Part shown: piece after piece, positions 12,830 to 24,741 of the stretch
Layout: each line of letters opens with the position of its first letter
How positions within the stretch are numbered: the first letter of the stretch is position 1
Assembly: GCA_964036045.1 (NCBI GenBank)
Contig: OZ038378.1
Location: 102,734,001 to 102,798,000 of the forward strand
Direction of reading: 5' to 3'
Length of the DNA stretch: 64,000 nt
Source of the DNA: Eutreptiella sp. 'Long Island Sound 2002'
Lineage: Eukaryota; Protista; Euglenida
Position numbers and translations under genes: made by a program
The notes under the pieces: generated by a model
What the model was told of the DNA's origin: nothing
Databases searched by the model: none
Seen by the model: only the letters and a program-made list of their open reading frames with translations

Positions 12830-13570
12830 GTGCAAAAACACGTCCTTCACCCCGTGCTTACTCAGCCATGGGTTGAATTGGTCCGGTTTGATGCCGATGG
12901 CCAGATGTGCACAACCAGCCCCCTCTTTCCAACCATGGAGGCACGTGCAGCCACAGACCCATTGCTTACTAGCTTCAGGGAGGGACAGGGGACCATTGAC
13001 CCCCGTGGTGTTCTTGAGTGTGCTGTGTTTCATGACCATGGCCGTTTGCTCGCTCTTCCACCCGCCGAATGGGCCACATTCGGAGCGGATTTGCTGAAGC
13101 AAAACATGGCTACAAACCACGCTAAATTGGCAGCTGTGCATGTTAATGTTGGTCGTGCATTGAAAGAGTGGGCATCCTTCAAGGAGCATTCCATTGAGGC
13201 GTTTGCCAAGACCCCCATGTCCCAGATGTGGGAGGCCTTGGACCGGGAGTGGGAGCATCTCCCATGGGTGAATGTTTGGCGTTTATTGCCGTTGCTGCTC
13301 ACATATTGCCCTGCCGAGGCTGTTATTGAGCGTGCCATTTCGTTGCCAAGAAGGTTCACCAGCAGTATGCATGACATGGAGGACACACATGTCAGTAGCA
13401 TGTGCAGGGCTTTGCATTGTAATCCGCCTCCTTGGCGGCAGTGGGCGAAGGGGCAGGGTGTCCAGGTAGCCCGCAAGTTGGTAGCCAATGCACACTTTCA
13501 TGTCTATCCCCGGTATAGGCATTCACAGCGCATTGATCCACGTGCATCTGTGGAAGTGGCCATGCTGTAG
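12830..13570 (+). pseudogene. hAT transposase C-terminal (dimerisation) region
   Basis: EWASFKEH...MSQMWEAL...PWVNVWRLLPLLLTYCPAEAVIERAISL matches the hAT dimerisation-domain pattern EW..FK...W...L..L.L..P.S.A..ER.FS. Confidence 0.7.
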
Positions 13571-14599
13571 TGCCTTGAGGGGCAAGCGGCAGTGCCAGAC
13601 GATGGTGACATTTTGCCATCTTTTGGGGCGGGTGCAGGTGCCAAAGGCTTGCCAAGCCCCGACACGCAAACGGGCAGACCGACAGGCCCCGTCCGAGGAC
13701 ATTGTGGTCGAACCACATGATAGTCCTGCTCTGCATAGTGGCAACGATGACTTCTTCACTTTTTGAAGAGGCATGGAGTGTGCAGTGTGCAGGCAGTGTG
13801 TGCGCATGTGGTGCAACACATGTTTCGTTGGCCACACATGCTTTGTCAAAGATCCAAGGCCTTGTGGTGAGGCAATGGTGTAGTTTGTGGATGATGTAGC
13901 GGAGGCTGCTGAGAATAGCAATGAAGAGGAAGCAGTTGCACCACGGAAGTTCGAGTCAAAATGTGCTTTGGCCCGCGCACATGCCAAGCCGGTATATGCC
14001 GCAAAGGCACGCATGTTGCGTGACTGGACACGCACTCGCATTTGTGACTGCTTGGATGACCCTGGTGCGGAGGTGCCACATAGCACGAACGGGCGACAAG
14101 CGAAAGACATTCCTATGCAACAGGCTTTGCCTTTGCTAGCCCAAATGGACTCTGATTGGGTCCCCCCAACGGATCATGTTCCCCGTTCTGCTGCACCACC
14201 CAGCAACTCACAACCAAGCTCCTAGATGCCCATGGATGACATGGATGGACTCATTGATGAAGGAGTTGCGGTGCTGTTGTGCTTTTGAATGCTTGCTGTG
14301 CCAATGCCCATGGTGCTGATGTCATGCATGTGCCCATTTTCTCCTTCTCTGCAGGTCCATTCGTACGTTCACATCCATCATCATGAATTGTATTCTTTTT
14401 CTGCGGCATCCTGTGGTCTAGGAGGTCTGACATTTTCCCTTTTCTCCTGGTTTCTCCTTTCCCACATTTTTCTTAACCCCCCACTTTCCTAGAGGTTTGT
14501 GTGTCTTGGGGGGGGGGTCTCCACTTTTATGAGAGTTTTCCCACGTTTCCCTTTTCCACATTTTTCAACCCCATATCTTCTCCAACCCACCATTTTCCT

Positions 14600-14618
14600 A
14601 AACTGATCATTTGTGTGT
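14600..14618. repeat. Left target-site duplication of the large LINE
   Basis: aaactgatcatttgtgtgt matches aaactgaacatttgtgtgt at 29793-29811 at 18 of 19 positions and sits immediately next to the T13 tail. Confidence 0.9.
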
Positions 14619-14619
14619 C

Positions 14620-14632
14620 TTTTTTTTTTTTT
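14620..14632 (-). other. Poly(A) tail of the large LINE
   Basis: T13 run on the plus strand between the TSD and a ~145-bp 3' UTR that follows the ORF2 stop at 14777. Confidence 0.85.
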
Positions 14633-14776
14633 GATCAAATGGGCCAGTTCATAATGTGCCAAGGGCCACTGCTGGCCAAGTTCGATGCAGAGTACATATT
14701 TCAGCAAAGCGAGGGTGTGCATACGTGCTGCAGCTCATGACTACGCCCCCATGGTTTCCCGCTGGGGTGGTTGTGG

Positions 14777-17700
14777 TCATGTCATTGGTATTTTCCACTC
14801 GTTTGGGTCCCAGTGCGTTTTGTGGCGTTTTGGTAGTGGCTGCATCGGGACTTCCCACAAGGTTGGGTCCAAATGTTCTGGTGGCCGTTTCTGTATGAGG
14901 TATATCGTCTGTGGTGCTCGTCGGGTTGTTTGCCAGTATTGTGTCGTCTTATGTTTGCAGGCGTCATGGTAGCACTGTGTCATGTTTGCCAAGTGTTTCT
15001 GCTGGCACCACATGTAGAGTGCCTGTCGTAGGTGAAGGTCCAGCAGCTTCTCAGCGCCAGCGCACAGCCTCCAGTATCGTCCGCGGATCAACAGCAGCAT
15101 TTTTGCATCTGCATACCACATCGCTGCATCGTACTTTGCTTGTTCATACCACTGCCTGCGTATTTGGCACAGGTGTGTGTGTGTGTCCTGCAGTCGTTGT
15201 GCTGTCATCTGGTCTTTGATCACTTTTGTGACGAAGATGTGATAGTCCGTTTTGGCCCTTAGTGTGTTGGTGTAGTGCGTGTGCAGGGTGCGTAGGTGTT
15301 GCCGTGCCACCACAGCGGCGTGTGCCCTGTGGAATATGTAGTGTGTTTGCTGTGCGTGTTCTTGTGCCAACCTGCCTGCTGTCGTTTTGTACTATTCCCA
15401 TCGCTGTGCGTCAACGCTGAGACGATGACGTTTCTGGGTGGGTTCGTCTTGTGCTGTGTTAGTTGCTCGTATTCTTGTGAACCATGCCACTGCCTCATCG
15501 TCGTTTGCGCCGCGCGCATCACGTATCCATTGCTCGGGGTCGATGGGTTCCGCCGTCGCGACCTCGGTCCTACGTTTGCGTTCTGTGCCGCTCCGCATGG
15601 GCGCCCCGACGTGGTTTCGTAGGTTTTGCGGCGTTCCTCGCGGTGGAAACGCCTGAGCAACGTACTTGGTTAGCCATAGGGGCGACGGTGGCTGGTGAGG
15701 TGTAGGGTCTGCGTATTTCCGTCTTAGCGTTTGGACAGAGTGAATCATGCGAAACTGAAATAGGCCCACCTCCGTCCGAAGTTTATGCCGTTCTGTGGTG
15801 GGTATGGGGGTGATGAGAGACAGTGGTACGAGCAGCCTGGCACAGAGCCAGAGTTCTTGGCTGTTGGCCGTTTGCTGCCATTGGTACGTGTGTTGGGCCC
15901 AATCAGTCCAGCTCGTGCGCCATAGGTCCCAGAAATCGCCCCAGGCGGGACAGTAAGCCAGCCTCGACTGCACTCCTGCTCCGTGTTGTTGGCCACACTG
16001 GGAGCAGAGGGTGGGTGTTCGTTCCCAAGGGGCACCTACTCCCCACCACCTTACCTGCCCCCACAGCCATGGTGTCCACGCGTTTCGTCTGAAGTGTTTC
16101 ATGGGGAGCCAGCTCACCCAGTGTACCTCTGGTGTTTGTTTTTGTCTACACACTTGCATAATCCATGCCTTGGCAGGTGTGGGCATGATTTCTCCGATGA
16201 TGACAATATCATGGGGTTGTGGTTGTTGGGAGTCCATGGGCAGGTTGTCGCCCATATTTGCAAGGACATCGGAGTCTTTGTTCCCCTGTATGTCCTGGTA
16301 GTCTTTATACGTGGTGGCTTGTTCTAGGGTACGGTGTCCCGGTGCCCATTGTATCGGCAGTCGTTTCGAGGAGGTGTTGAGATAACCTATGTCGCGGTAG
16401 TCCTGGTCCTTGACCACTCCTTTGCGTTTTATAGGTGTGGCTTTCACCACACTCTGGTTGTCAAGTATGATGTCGTACCCTGGACTGGCCAGTTCAGAGG
16501 CCAAAGCGCAAAGGATTGTCTCGGCCCGATACACTTGCTGAGGCCCGTGCACCCGGAAAGCCGCGCGGTAGGTCCCGTTGTATATACCCCCTCCCGCTCG
16601 TCCGTGTCGTTTCGACCCGTCTGTATACCACCACGTGGTGGTCGGTTCTCCCGTGTAGTGTACGGTGATCCCGTGGATCTTTTGCTCGTGGGGTAGCGGC
16701 TGACAAACCTCGTGGGTTTCCTGAAGGGTTGGTTCGTCTGGCGGGCTCATCCAGCCGTAGTCCAGACGGTTGGTCGCCGGCTGTGTCTTCCCTGCGTGTG
16801 TCTCTTGATCCTCCTCCGAGCTCTCCGAATTGTATAGTTCCGCCGACAGGGGTCGATGTTGCCTGGGTTGGGATATACGCTGACCCACCGTGCCCCCTAG
16901 GGCTCGGACAGCGTCAATGTATTTATATTGGGTTGCGGTGAGCTGTTGTGTAGGGCCGTTATTCTGCAGTTCTTGCTGCTCTATTGTGACCCACCGGGTG
17001 ATGTAGGACCGCCATAAATGGCGGAGGCCAAGTTCCCCGTGGCTGAGGTTGGTAGTCAGCCGGTGTTCGTTCATTTGTTGTTCTATCCCGGGTGTGTCCC
17101 TGATGTACTGTAGTAGTATGTCGTCCCAATGTGCCATCCGTGTCCTATTCCCGAGGAAAAGCCCTCTGTAAGTCCATCGGGGGATGAGGACGGCATTTGT
17201 GATGCCTACCTTTTCGTAAGCGTCTAGCGGTAAGGTCCTGTATTCCGCTACGTCGTGGTTCAGTTGCGTGGTGACCATGTCCCATGCTGTGTCTTCTTGT
17301 GTGGGGTGGGCGAGCACGTGCCGTAGGTACGTCATTATGGGTGGCCGCAGGGGGATGAGCTGGTGCTGCCAAGTGATGGGTGTTAGGTTGTAGTCCTTAG
17401 TCCGTGGTACACTTCAGTTTTGTCCTTATTGAAGCCTAGCTGCATTGTGTAGGCCACGTCGTGGAGTGTATCTAAGGTGTGAAGTAGTGCTTCCTCCGTG
17501 GGTGCACGCACAGCAATGTCATCAACAAACACGTATAGTTAGCCTCCCGGGCACCGCTCTTTGGTTTCGCGTAGGAGTATGTCGTAGTATAAGAGAAATA
17601 GTGTCGGGGAGAGGGGGCACACCTCCTTCATACCCCTGGTGGGACGTATTGGGAGGTCCCTTCCGTGGAGGGTCAATACGGCCGGTGTGTGTTGGTATAT

Positions 17701-19936
17701 TTCCCCCAGCAGTCGGATGATGTTTTGTGATGCCCCTGCCTTCTTGACGATCCCAGTCACCATGGGTCCAGGGACCGATGGGAATGCTTTGGCCACATCG
17801 AGTAGGGCCACGTACCCGTCTTGTGTATGTAAATCGTTTAGTAGTTTCGTGCCTAGGGTCGTGGTGTTTCGGCCCTGTGTGGCGCCGTGTTGTATGTCTA
17901 GTAGTCCCGGGGTCATGGCCCTAGATATACGCGTCACGAGGAGCCGCGTGAGTATGCTATACATGGCCGTGGATACGTAGATCGGCCTCTAGTTTCTTGG
18001 GTCCTGGGGATCTTTGTTTTTATATATGAGCACCACCCTGGACTGCAGCCAAGCCACTGGGATGTTTTGTCCGTTAAAGACAGCTATGATTGCCTGGTAT
18101 AGTTGTTGCTGTATGTGGTCAGGTAGGTGCCGGAGCAGGTGCGGAGGAACACCATCAGGTCTAGCTGATTTATTCTTTGGTGCCCGTAGGCACAGTAGGT
18201 ACTCCTCGTATGTTGGGGTTGTGGTGTTCCATGTGTTGTGCCGTACATGTTTCCGTATTAGTCGTCGGCACGCGTCCTCGTCGTATGTAGGGTCGCCCGC
18301 AAAGTGGTTGAGGACGTACTGTGTCCCTCCTATCGGAGGTTGTGGCGTGTCTTGGGCTATGAGTCCGGTGCGCCATCTTTTGACCATTTTATAGAAGTAG
18401 CCTGAGTTGTGCACAGCTGCCTGGCGCAGTTTGCTGATTTGTCTCCGTATGTGTTGCTCTTGTGCCTCCCCGTATTCGCGTAACCGTGCCTTGGGGTCCG
18501 TGGTTTCCGACCAGGTTGCGGTGGGCGATGTCTTGGTGCGTGTAGGTTGTCGTGGTCGCGCCGCGTGTGCTATCGCCGATAGGATGCGCCGTGCTATGTG
18601 TAGGGGTGGGTCGGTGTTCTTTACGGGTAATGTTGATATGGAGTTGGTAAACCGTTGGAAGTGTGTGGTATACGACTTCGTGACAGTGGGCTGCGGTTTC
18701 CTGCGTGGTGGGTCGGGGGCCCCTATCCTCCAGCGGATTCCAAGTAGGACCAGAGTATGGTCCGATATGGGCATTTGTATGGTGTCGTAGTATGTCCAGG
18801 GTATGTTGGGTATTTGTTGCTTGATCAATATGGCGTCCAGGCGACGTGGTCGTCCATGCCTAGGTGTGCGGGTGTAGTACTGTCGGGGTTCGGGTGGCTG
18901 GCTACTCGCGTGTAATGGGTCGAGGAACACGCCGTTGCAAAGGTCTTCCCGCCACGGGCGTGTCGGGTTCGATGACCAAATGTCATCGTTGTAATCCCCC
19001 ATTACAATGTCATAAGGTTGGAGGGACTGCACGAATAGGTCTACCTCTTGCTTGTGCTTGCGGTTGAATTTGGAGTACACACACACTATGGTTCGGCGGG
19101 GGCTATTGGGGAGTTGAAGCCTGATGGCCCCTGCTAAACCGTTTGGTGAGTATAACGTTTCAAGTATGTGAGGGACCACAACGTGGCGGACGATGAATGC
19201 TACCCGTTGTTCGGTCCCAGGCGCAGCGTAGCACTTGTAGTTGTTGTTGAGCGATGTTGTGGCTGCATCCGGTTTAGGGAAACACGGGTCATATTCCTGC
19301 ATGCTGTAGAGGTCGATACAGCACTAACTGATCAGGTGGAGGGCACTGGCCCAGCACTGAAGGGTGACAGAGCCTTGTGCTCCTTGTATCTTCGAGGTGG
19401 CCAGTTTCATGTCGTGGTCCTTTGGTCGTGTCATCTAGGCTGTCGTACCGTCGATTTGTGTTGACCACCAAGTGTTGTGCATATTCCTCTATGGCGAGCA
19501 GCGGAACAGGGGGTCCCGGCACGTCCCGGCACCCGCGCCGGAGCCGGTATATTCTGCGGTGTCCGGGGTTGGGGTGGACATCTCCGCATTGGAGGACCCG
19601 GTTGTTCTTGTACTGTGTGTTGTGAGGGCTGCTCACCGTAGTGATGGACACAGGTGTGCGGTAGTAGCGGCTCGGCACCCCCTTGTCAGGGGCGGTCGGG
19701 GTGTGGAAAAAGCAGGCGATATAGAGGAGGAACAGGCCGGGCCGCCACATTTGGTAGCCGTGGGGGGTTGGGCCCGGTGAGTAGTCGTGCCGGTGCCGTA
19801 CCGGCGGGGTGTATCGCCTGCGTACTCTCCGATTTACAGGGAGCAGGTATACTCGTCCCTCTGTATGTGTAGTGGGCGCCAAGAGTAGGAGGAGGGCCGT
19901 AATGGCGATGCAGGGCATGAGTAACAGGCACCTCAC
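14777..19936 (-). pseudogene. LINE ORF2: hydrophobic leader, 2A, AP endonuclease, reverse transcriptase, RNase H, zinc knuckle, C-terminal extension
   Basis: APE: MKLAT..IQG (from 19410), MQEY, MGDYND, RRLDAIL, ISDH. RT: PDGVP, N*RPI, LLDVAKAFPSV, RGMKEVCPLSPTLF, FVDD (17518-17529). RNase H: YTDGS (16613-16627), YRAE, LDNQ, QWAPGH, GNKDSDVLA. CSQCGQQH...C at about 15950-16010. In-frame stops at 19328, 17989, 17539 and 15392, plus two frameshifts. Confidence 0.95.
19559..19594 (-). other. 2A/StopGo-like motif 5 (LQCGDVHPNPGH), upstream of APE
   Basis: Translation of ORF 19289-19936. The final His codon CAC is one substitution from Pro CCC. A 2A upstream of APE is the position known from L1Tc and animal CR1/L2/RTE elements. 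Confidence 0.75.
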
Positions 19937-20559
19937 TTTTTCCCTTTGCCCTGCGGGTTTTTTGACGGCCCCTTCCCTTTCCCTTTGTGTTTGGTGTCGG
20001 CGGTGAAGGCAGCCATGCCGTCTGGCTGCTGGTTGGATTGTGGTGATGTAGGTGTTGCCCTCTTCGTTTTGGGTGGCGGTGTGGTGTTTGTGGGGGTTTT
20101 TTGTGGTGTTTTGTTGTGGGCTTTGGTTTTCTGTGCCTGGTGTGGCAGTCGTGCGTGTGCTGTTGTGGGTTTGGCTGGTTTGTCTGGTTGTTGGTCGTGG
20201 GGTCCATCCGTGTCCATGGTGGCCAAGTGTGGGTGGAGATCCGTTGGTGTGACGTCGTCGTTGGTATGGCCGAGTTCGGTCAGGATGGCCTCATTCCACT
20301 CTGCCACGTTGATGGGTTCAGGCTGTGCGAGCAGCTGTTTCCCCCTGTTGATTTCTTTGATGACGCGTTCAGTCATCATGTCTGCACCTAGTTGTTTTCC
20401 TGCCTTCATTCGTCTGCGAAAGGCCGCGTCGTCACCCGTCTCCTGTGGCATTTTGTGTGAGAGCATCTGGTCGATGCGCTCCGTTGCTTGTGTGTCCGTG
20501 TTATTCCCCTAGCGTTATGTGGACGTATTCACCGGGTGCTACTCCGATTTATTGTCTGG

Positions 20560-20740
20560 CGCTGAGGGCAGGTACCGTGGCATGTTTGTATTGGAGCGAG
20601 GCGTAGGTGCAGCCTGCCTCGCTCCACATGTAGGGTTCTGGTTTCCAACTGCTCCAACATCCAAAGAAGGATGCCACAAGTGTCGCCGTGTTGTCTCCTG
20701 CGCCCTGCGTCCACCCTACGAACACCGTTGTGGCGTCGTT
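20560..20740 (-). other. Possible RRM-like domain in the C-terminal ORF1 product
   Basis: TVFVGWTQGAGDNTATLVASFFG...GCTYASLQY resembles RNP2/RNP1 spacing. RRMs are common in LINE ORF1 proteins. Confidence 0.35.
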
Positions 20741-22556
20741 TCTGGTCGGTTTTGGTGGCCGCTTGATGTCCCTGGAGCGGCTTGTGGACTGTGTCCAGTT
20801 GTTGCGGTTGAGTATGACATTGGTCATTACGTGAACCAGTTCGTAGCTTTTCATGCCCTTCAGTAGTTGGGCAATCAAGCGTCGGTCAGCGTCAGGGTGG
20901 AATTGTATCAGGAGACGGTATGAGTCTACCGGCCGGAAACCCTTAAGGAAGGATGCGATGCTCCTTCCCAGCTCTAGCTGTTCCCTGTCTATGTCGTCAA
21001 GGATTTCCTGTACTGACGTTATTTTGTCTTCTTTATGTTGTGTGTATTGTTCTCTCAGGTTGTACAGGCTGTCGTAGTCAGTTTCAGTGAGCCAGTAGGG
21101 TCCAGGGTTGCCGGCGTTTTCCTCCTTCTGTTTTATGGTTTGTAGTGCTTGCGTTAGACGAGGCAGCAGTTGCATGGGCAGGTGCAGTATCCAGGCATGT
21201 GACCGACTTTGCCCTGCGATGTGTTCTGAGGCGCACTTCCACTGAAAGGTGTTGCGTGGGTCCTTGCTTGCTATGGTGGATGCGACGTCAGGCTGGTGGC
21301 CGTTGATTCGTTTCATAAATGCGTCTCGCGTCCTAATGCCAGTTTCCGGTGGGCACTCCACTACGACTGTAGTTTTGGCATGTTCTGGTTGTAGTGTGGC
21401 TGTGTGGTTCTCCAGTCCCACTTGTATAGGTGTGCCCTTCGTGAGTGCGTATGTTTTGTGTGTGGGTTCGTGTCCCATCTTTATGGTGTTGTCCAGGTGG
21501 GGGACCATGATGGGCTTGCGCTGTAGGTGGTGGACTAAGGTATCGTGTTCTGGGGACCACTTGCGTACTGGGAATTTGTCGAATTTGGTATACTCCCCTG
21601 ACTTAGCGGGCTAGCTTCCGTAGTGGAGCGCGGTGGAGGCAATCCATTCGGTACGTTTGCAGTGCTGTGGTATCTTGTCGGTCCGCCTCATATGCCAGGA
21701 TCAGTTCCTTGGCCCCTGGGTCGCCGAGTGCCCGTAGGATTTGGTCGACTCGTTCGTCCTCACTTCCGCCCCATTCCGTTTGTATGGCTGCGCGTTGCAT
21801 CCGTCGGTCATGGTTGCGGCGGGTCCCGGTTGCCTGTGGTAGTAGTAGGTATGTTTTGTTCCGGGTGTCTTGGTTCCCTTGATGGTCGGCTTCTGTATGG
21901 ACTGTGTACCATTGCGCCTCGGCCATCTCCGATGCTGTGTGTATACCGCGGGAGTCTGCCTCATGCATCACCGTCATGACGTCGCGCAGTTTGTGTTGCG
22001 CAAACAGGGGGAGTTGGTAGGTGTTCCTGTCATACCATACCCCTTCTTGTGTCTGCCGCCTTATGTGTTTTGTGGTCACCGCACGGTTGGGGTGCTTTGT
22101 TAAGTACGCGTTCAGGCTGGTTTGTGCGCCGCACACGACTGAAGTTTTCAGTGTGTCTTGTTCTGCTGTTGTCATTGGCTGTTGCGGCGTGCCTGTATTG
22201 AGTTTCACTAGTTCTTCTATGAGCTGGTATTCCGTTGGTGTGTGTATGGGTAGTTTGTCTAGGGGGTTATTGCCGTCTTCGTGGAATGTGTATGCCTGTG
22301 CATCCTCCTGGGGAGGAAGGGGGGAGTAGCTAAACCCGTCTGCGTGATGGTCGGGTGGTGTGCTAGATTCCCCGTTCTGGGGGGATTCCCGTGCCGTGCT
22401 ATCCTCTAATGGGGGGTGTGGGTTTGTATCGAGGGTGTCCGGGGGGTTTTCCTCTGCGTCCCCTTGGTCGTGTGCGTCAGTATGTAGTCCGGATGTATTT
22501 CTTTCATAGTTTTTCGCCAGGGTGCGCACCATGCCATGGGGTGGGGCGTTGTTGTC

Positions 22557-22606
22557 TGGGCCTGGGTTCGGTTCCACATCGCCATTTGTGTGGCATGTGG
22601 GACCCA
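22557..22606 (-). other. 2A/StopGo motif 4 (WVPHATQ-[frameshift]-NGDVEPNPGP)
   Basis: Perfect GDVEPNPGP at 22557-22583. The upstream WVPHATQ is in the adjacent frame, so a one-base deletion lies inside the motif. Confidence 0.85.
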
Positions 22607-23047
22607 TTGTATGTGTTGTGGGTAGGCGTCATCCGTGGTGGCGTGTGGAGCCATATTGTGGCGCATATCTGGTGGGTGGTCACCTAGTACCCAGCCGGTG
22701 ATGTCGTACTCCAGGAGTAGGTCGTCTTGCCAGGGTTGGGCCACAAAGAGCCAGTACCGTATGGATATGGCCATTTGGAACTCATCTCTCGTGTCCGTAA
22801 GGCCATGCAGTTTGTGTCTTGCGATATGGCAGTAGGGTAGGGCAGTTCTGAGGTGTACCTCCCACAGCTAGCCTGTTGTGCTGGTAAGCCGTCTCCATAC
22901 GTTGTATGCCAGCTGCGATGGCGGTTTGAGAGTTGCACTATAGTCCGTGTACGTGAGCAGTCGGTTGTTGTAGATTTGTATGTGGAAATACGCATATGTT
23001 GGGTCATCCGGGGGTGGGGGGGGTACCCTTGGTTGCAGCGTGCTGCG

Positions 23048-23158
23048 GCACAGTGGGCATCTCAGCAGCCTTGGGTCGTTGGCGCAGGCCCGGCACAGCC
23101 TGTGCCTGGGGTCACAACTTAGGTTTGTACCCGCGGGGCTGTCCAAGCATATGGGGCA
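23048..23158 (-). other. RING-type zinc finger in ORF1
   Basis: CPICLDSPAGTNLSCDPRHRLCRACANDPRLLRCPLC shows C3HC4-like ligand spacing. Confidence 0.8.
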
Positions 23159-23332
23159 GTCCTCTGGGACGTGCTCACTGTCGTCCGCGTTCCCTGCTTT
23201 TTTGGGTACGTTGTCGTCGGGCTGTTGGGGGAGTGGTGTCCCCTGTAGGGGCGGCGACAGGGCGCTGTGGACCTCTATCTCCATGTCCCCTGGTGATGTG
23301 GTTTGCGTTGCTCGTTCTAATGTGGGTGCGGC

Positions 23333-23383
23333 TGGTCCCGGGTTGGGCTCCGTGTCTCTGTCCCGAGTCGGGTCGTGGACCCA
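23333..23383 (-). other. 2A/StopGo-like motif 3 (WVHDPTRDRDTEPNPGP)
   Basis: In frame with, and upstream of, the RING-containing ORF 22868-23284. Confidence 0.75.
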
Positions 23384-23791
23384 GTTCGTTGGTCTTGGGT
23401 AGGGGCGGGTGCGTAGATGTTGTGTTCTGCGGATCTTTCCCTGCGGTGTGTCATCCGCGGCATGTTCTGTGATGTCTTCATTTGTCCGCTTTGGGCGTAG
23501 GTTTTATCGAGTTGCGGGCGGGTGTTGCTCATCCTTGTGGGCTGTGCTCATGTGTCGTTTGGGTGCAGGTTGGTCCGAAGGCGCGACTTCCGCTTTTCGT
23601 TCGTGGTTGTTGAACGCGTGTGTTGTCGGTCGGTGCTCCTGGTATGCCGTGTGTAAGTTGTCTGTGCGTCTCCGTTTTTGGTCAGGTGGTGAGTTGTCCG
23701 TGGTGCGTTTGCGCAGCATCACGGGCGTTTGGTACGTGAGCGGGATGTCTTGGTTGTAACGTGTGCGTTTTGCAGAGGGGGCTAATGGGTT

Positions 23792-23842
23792 GTGGACGGG
23801 GTTGGGTTCAACATCTCCGTCGCTAGTGACGTCATGTATCCA
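23792..23842 (-). other. 2A/StopGo-like motif 2 (WIHDVTSDGDVEPNPVH)
   Basis: Within ORF 23504-24709. The terminal GP has decayed to VH by one substitution in each codon (GTC, CAC). Confidence 0.75.
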
Positions 23843-24478
23843 CCCGTTTGGGGTGTCTACCGTGGTCGGTTGTGGGCACGTCGTATGCGGTTTTGGCGTC
23901 GGGCAGGTATGTGTGGTGGTTGCAGGGACGGCCCCTTGCCAGGATCCTTGTTGTGGGTACAGGGTGTCTGGGGACATTACGGCATAGAGGCGTCGTGGTA
24001 CCAAGTCTGGGGTTTCCGGTTGGTGTATGGCGAAATACTTGCACGTGGTGCAGCGGAAGTAGACAAAGTCGGCCATGTTGCATCGGGGGCACACTACATC
24101 AATGGCTGTGGTCATGTTTAGTTCTAACGGTGAGTTGTGTTTTTGTGTTTTCCCGGTAGGCTCGCGTGTGTCCGGGGGGATTGGGCGCGGTGTGCCTCGG
24201 GCATGTGTCCTGTGTATCGGGGTGACTTTTGGTGATGGTACCTCTGAAGTGCCATGTGTAGACGCCGATTCCGTGCGTGGTGTGGGTGTGTTGTGTTCTA
24301 GGGGGGGGGTGGATGCCCGTCGATTGCTTTTGACTGCCTCCGTGAGCGCCTGGGTAGCGTATTTGTATAGTTTAACGGGGTAGTGGGGGTTGGAGGCCGT
24401 TTCGATTTCACTCGCCAGCCGTGTGACCATCTCTCTGTGGTGGGGAGGGATGTCGTTCTCCGTGGCCTGTGCGTCGAC

Positions 24479-24529
24479 GGGGCCCGGGTTTTTTTCGATG
24501 TTTGCATCGGTAGTGTGGTCCCGCACCGA
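24479..24529 (-). other. 2A/StopGo-like motif 1 (SVRDHTTDANIEKNPGP)
   Basis: Within ORF 23504-24709. S (TCG), A (GCA) and N (AAC) are each one substitution from W, G and D. Confidence 0.75.
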
Positions 24530-24741
24530 TCTAGTTTGGGCGGGATGGATTCGTTGTTTGTTGGGGTGTGTCCGCCGGGATGGTGGGTCATAGAGCAGTC
24601 CCCTTCCCATGGGGGGGAGGTGCTGTCCCGGGGAGGAGAGGAGCTCTGCCTGATGGTGAAGATAACACACGAGCAAATATGGAACACAACTTGCGCGTAC
24701 GCTGGTCACTGTCGCCGTCCCAGGCTTGGTGGCCTGTCAAG

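Noticed and set aside
21095-21125. KEENAGNPGP as a sixth 2A motif
   Set aside because: It has NPGP but lacks D[VI]E at the required positions and the upstream W..D.T.DG pattern.
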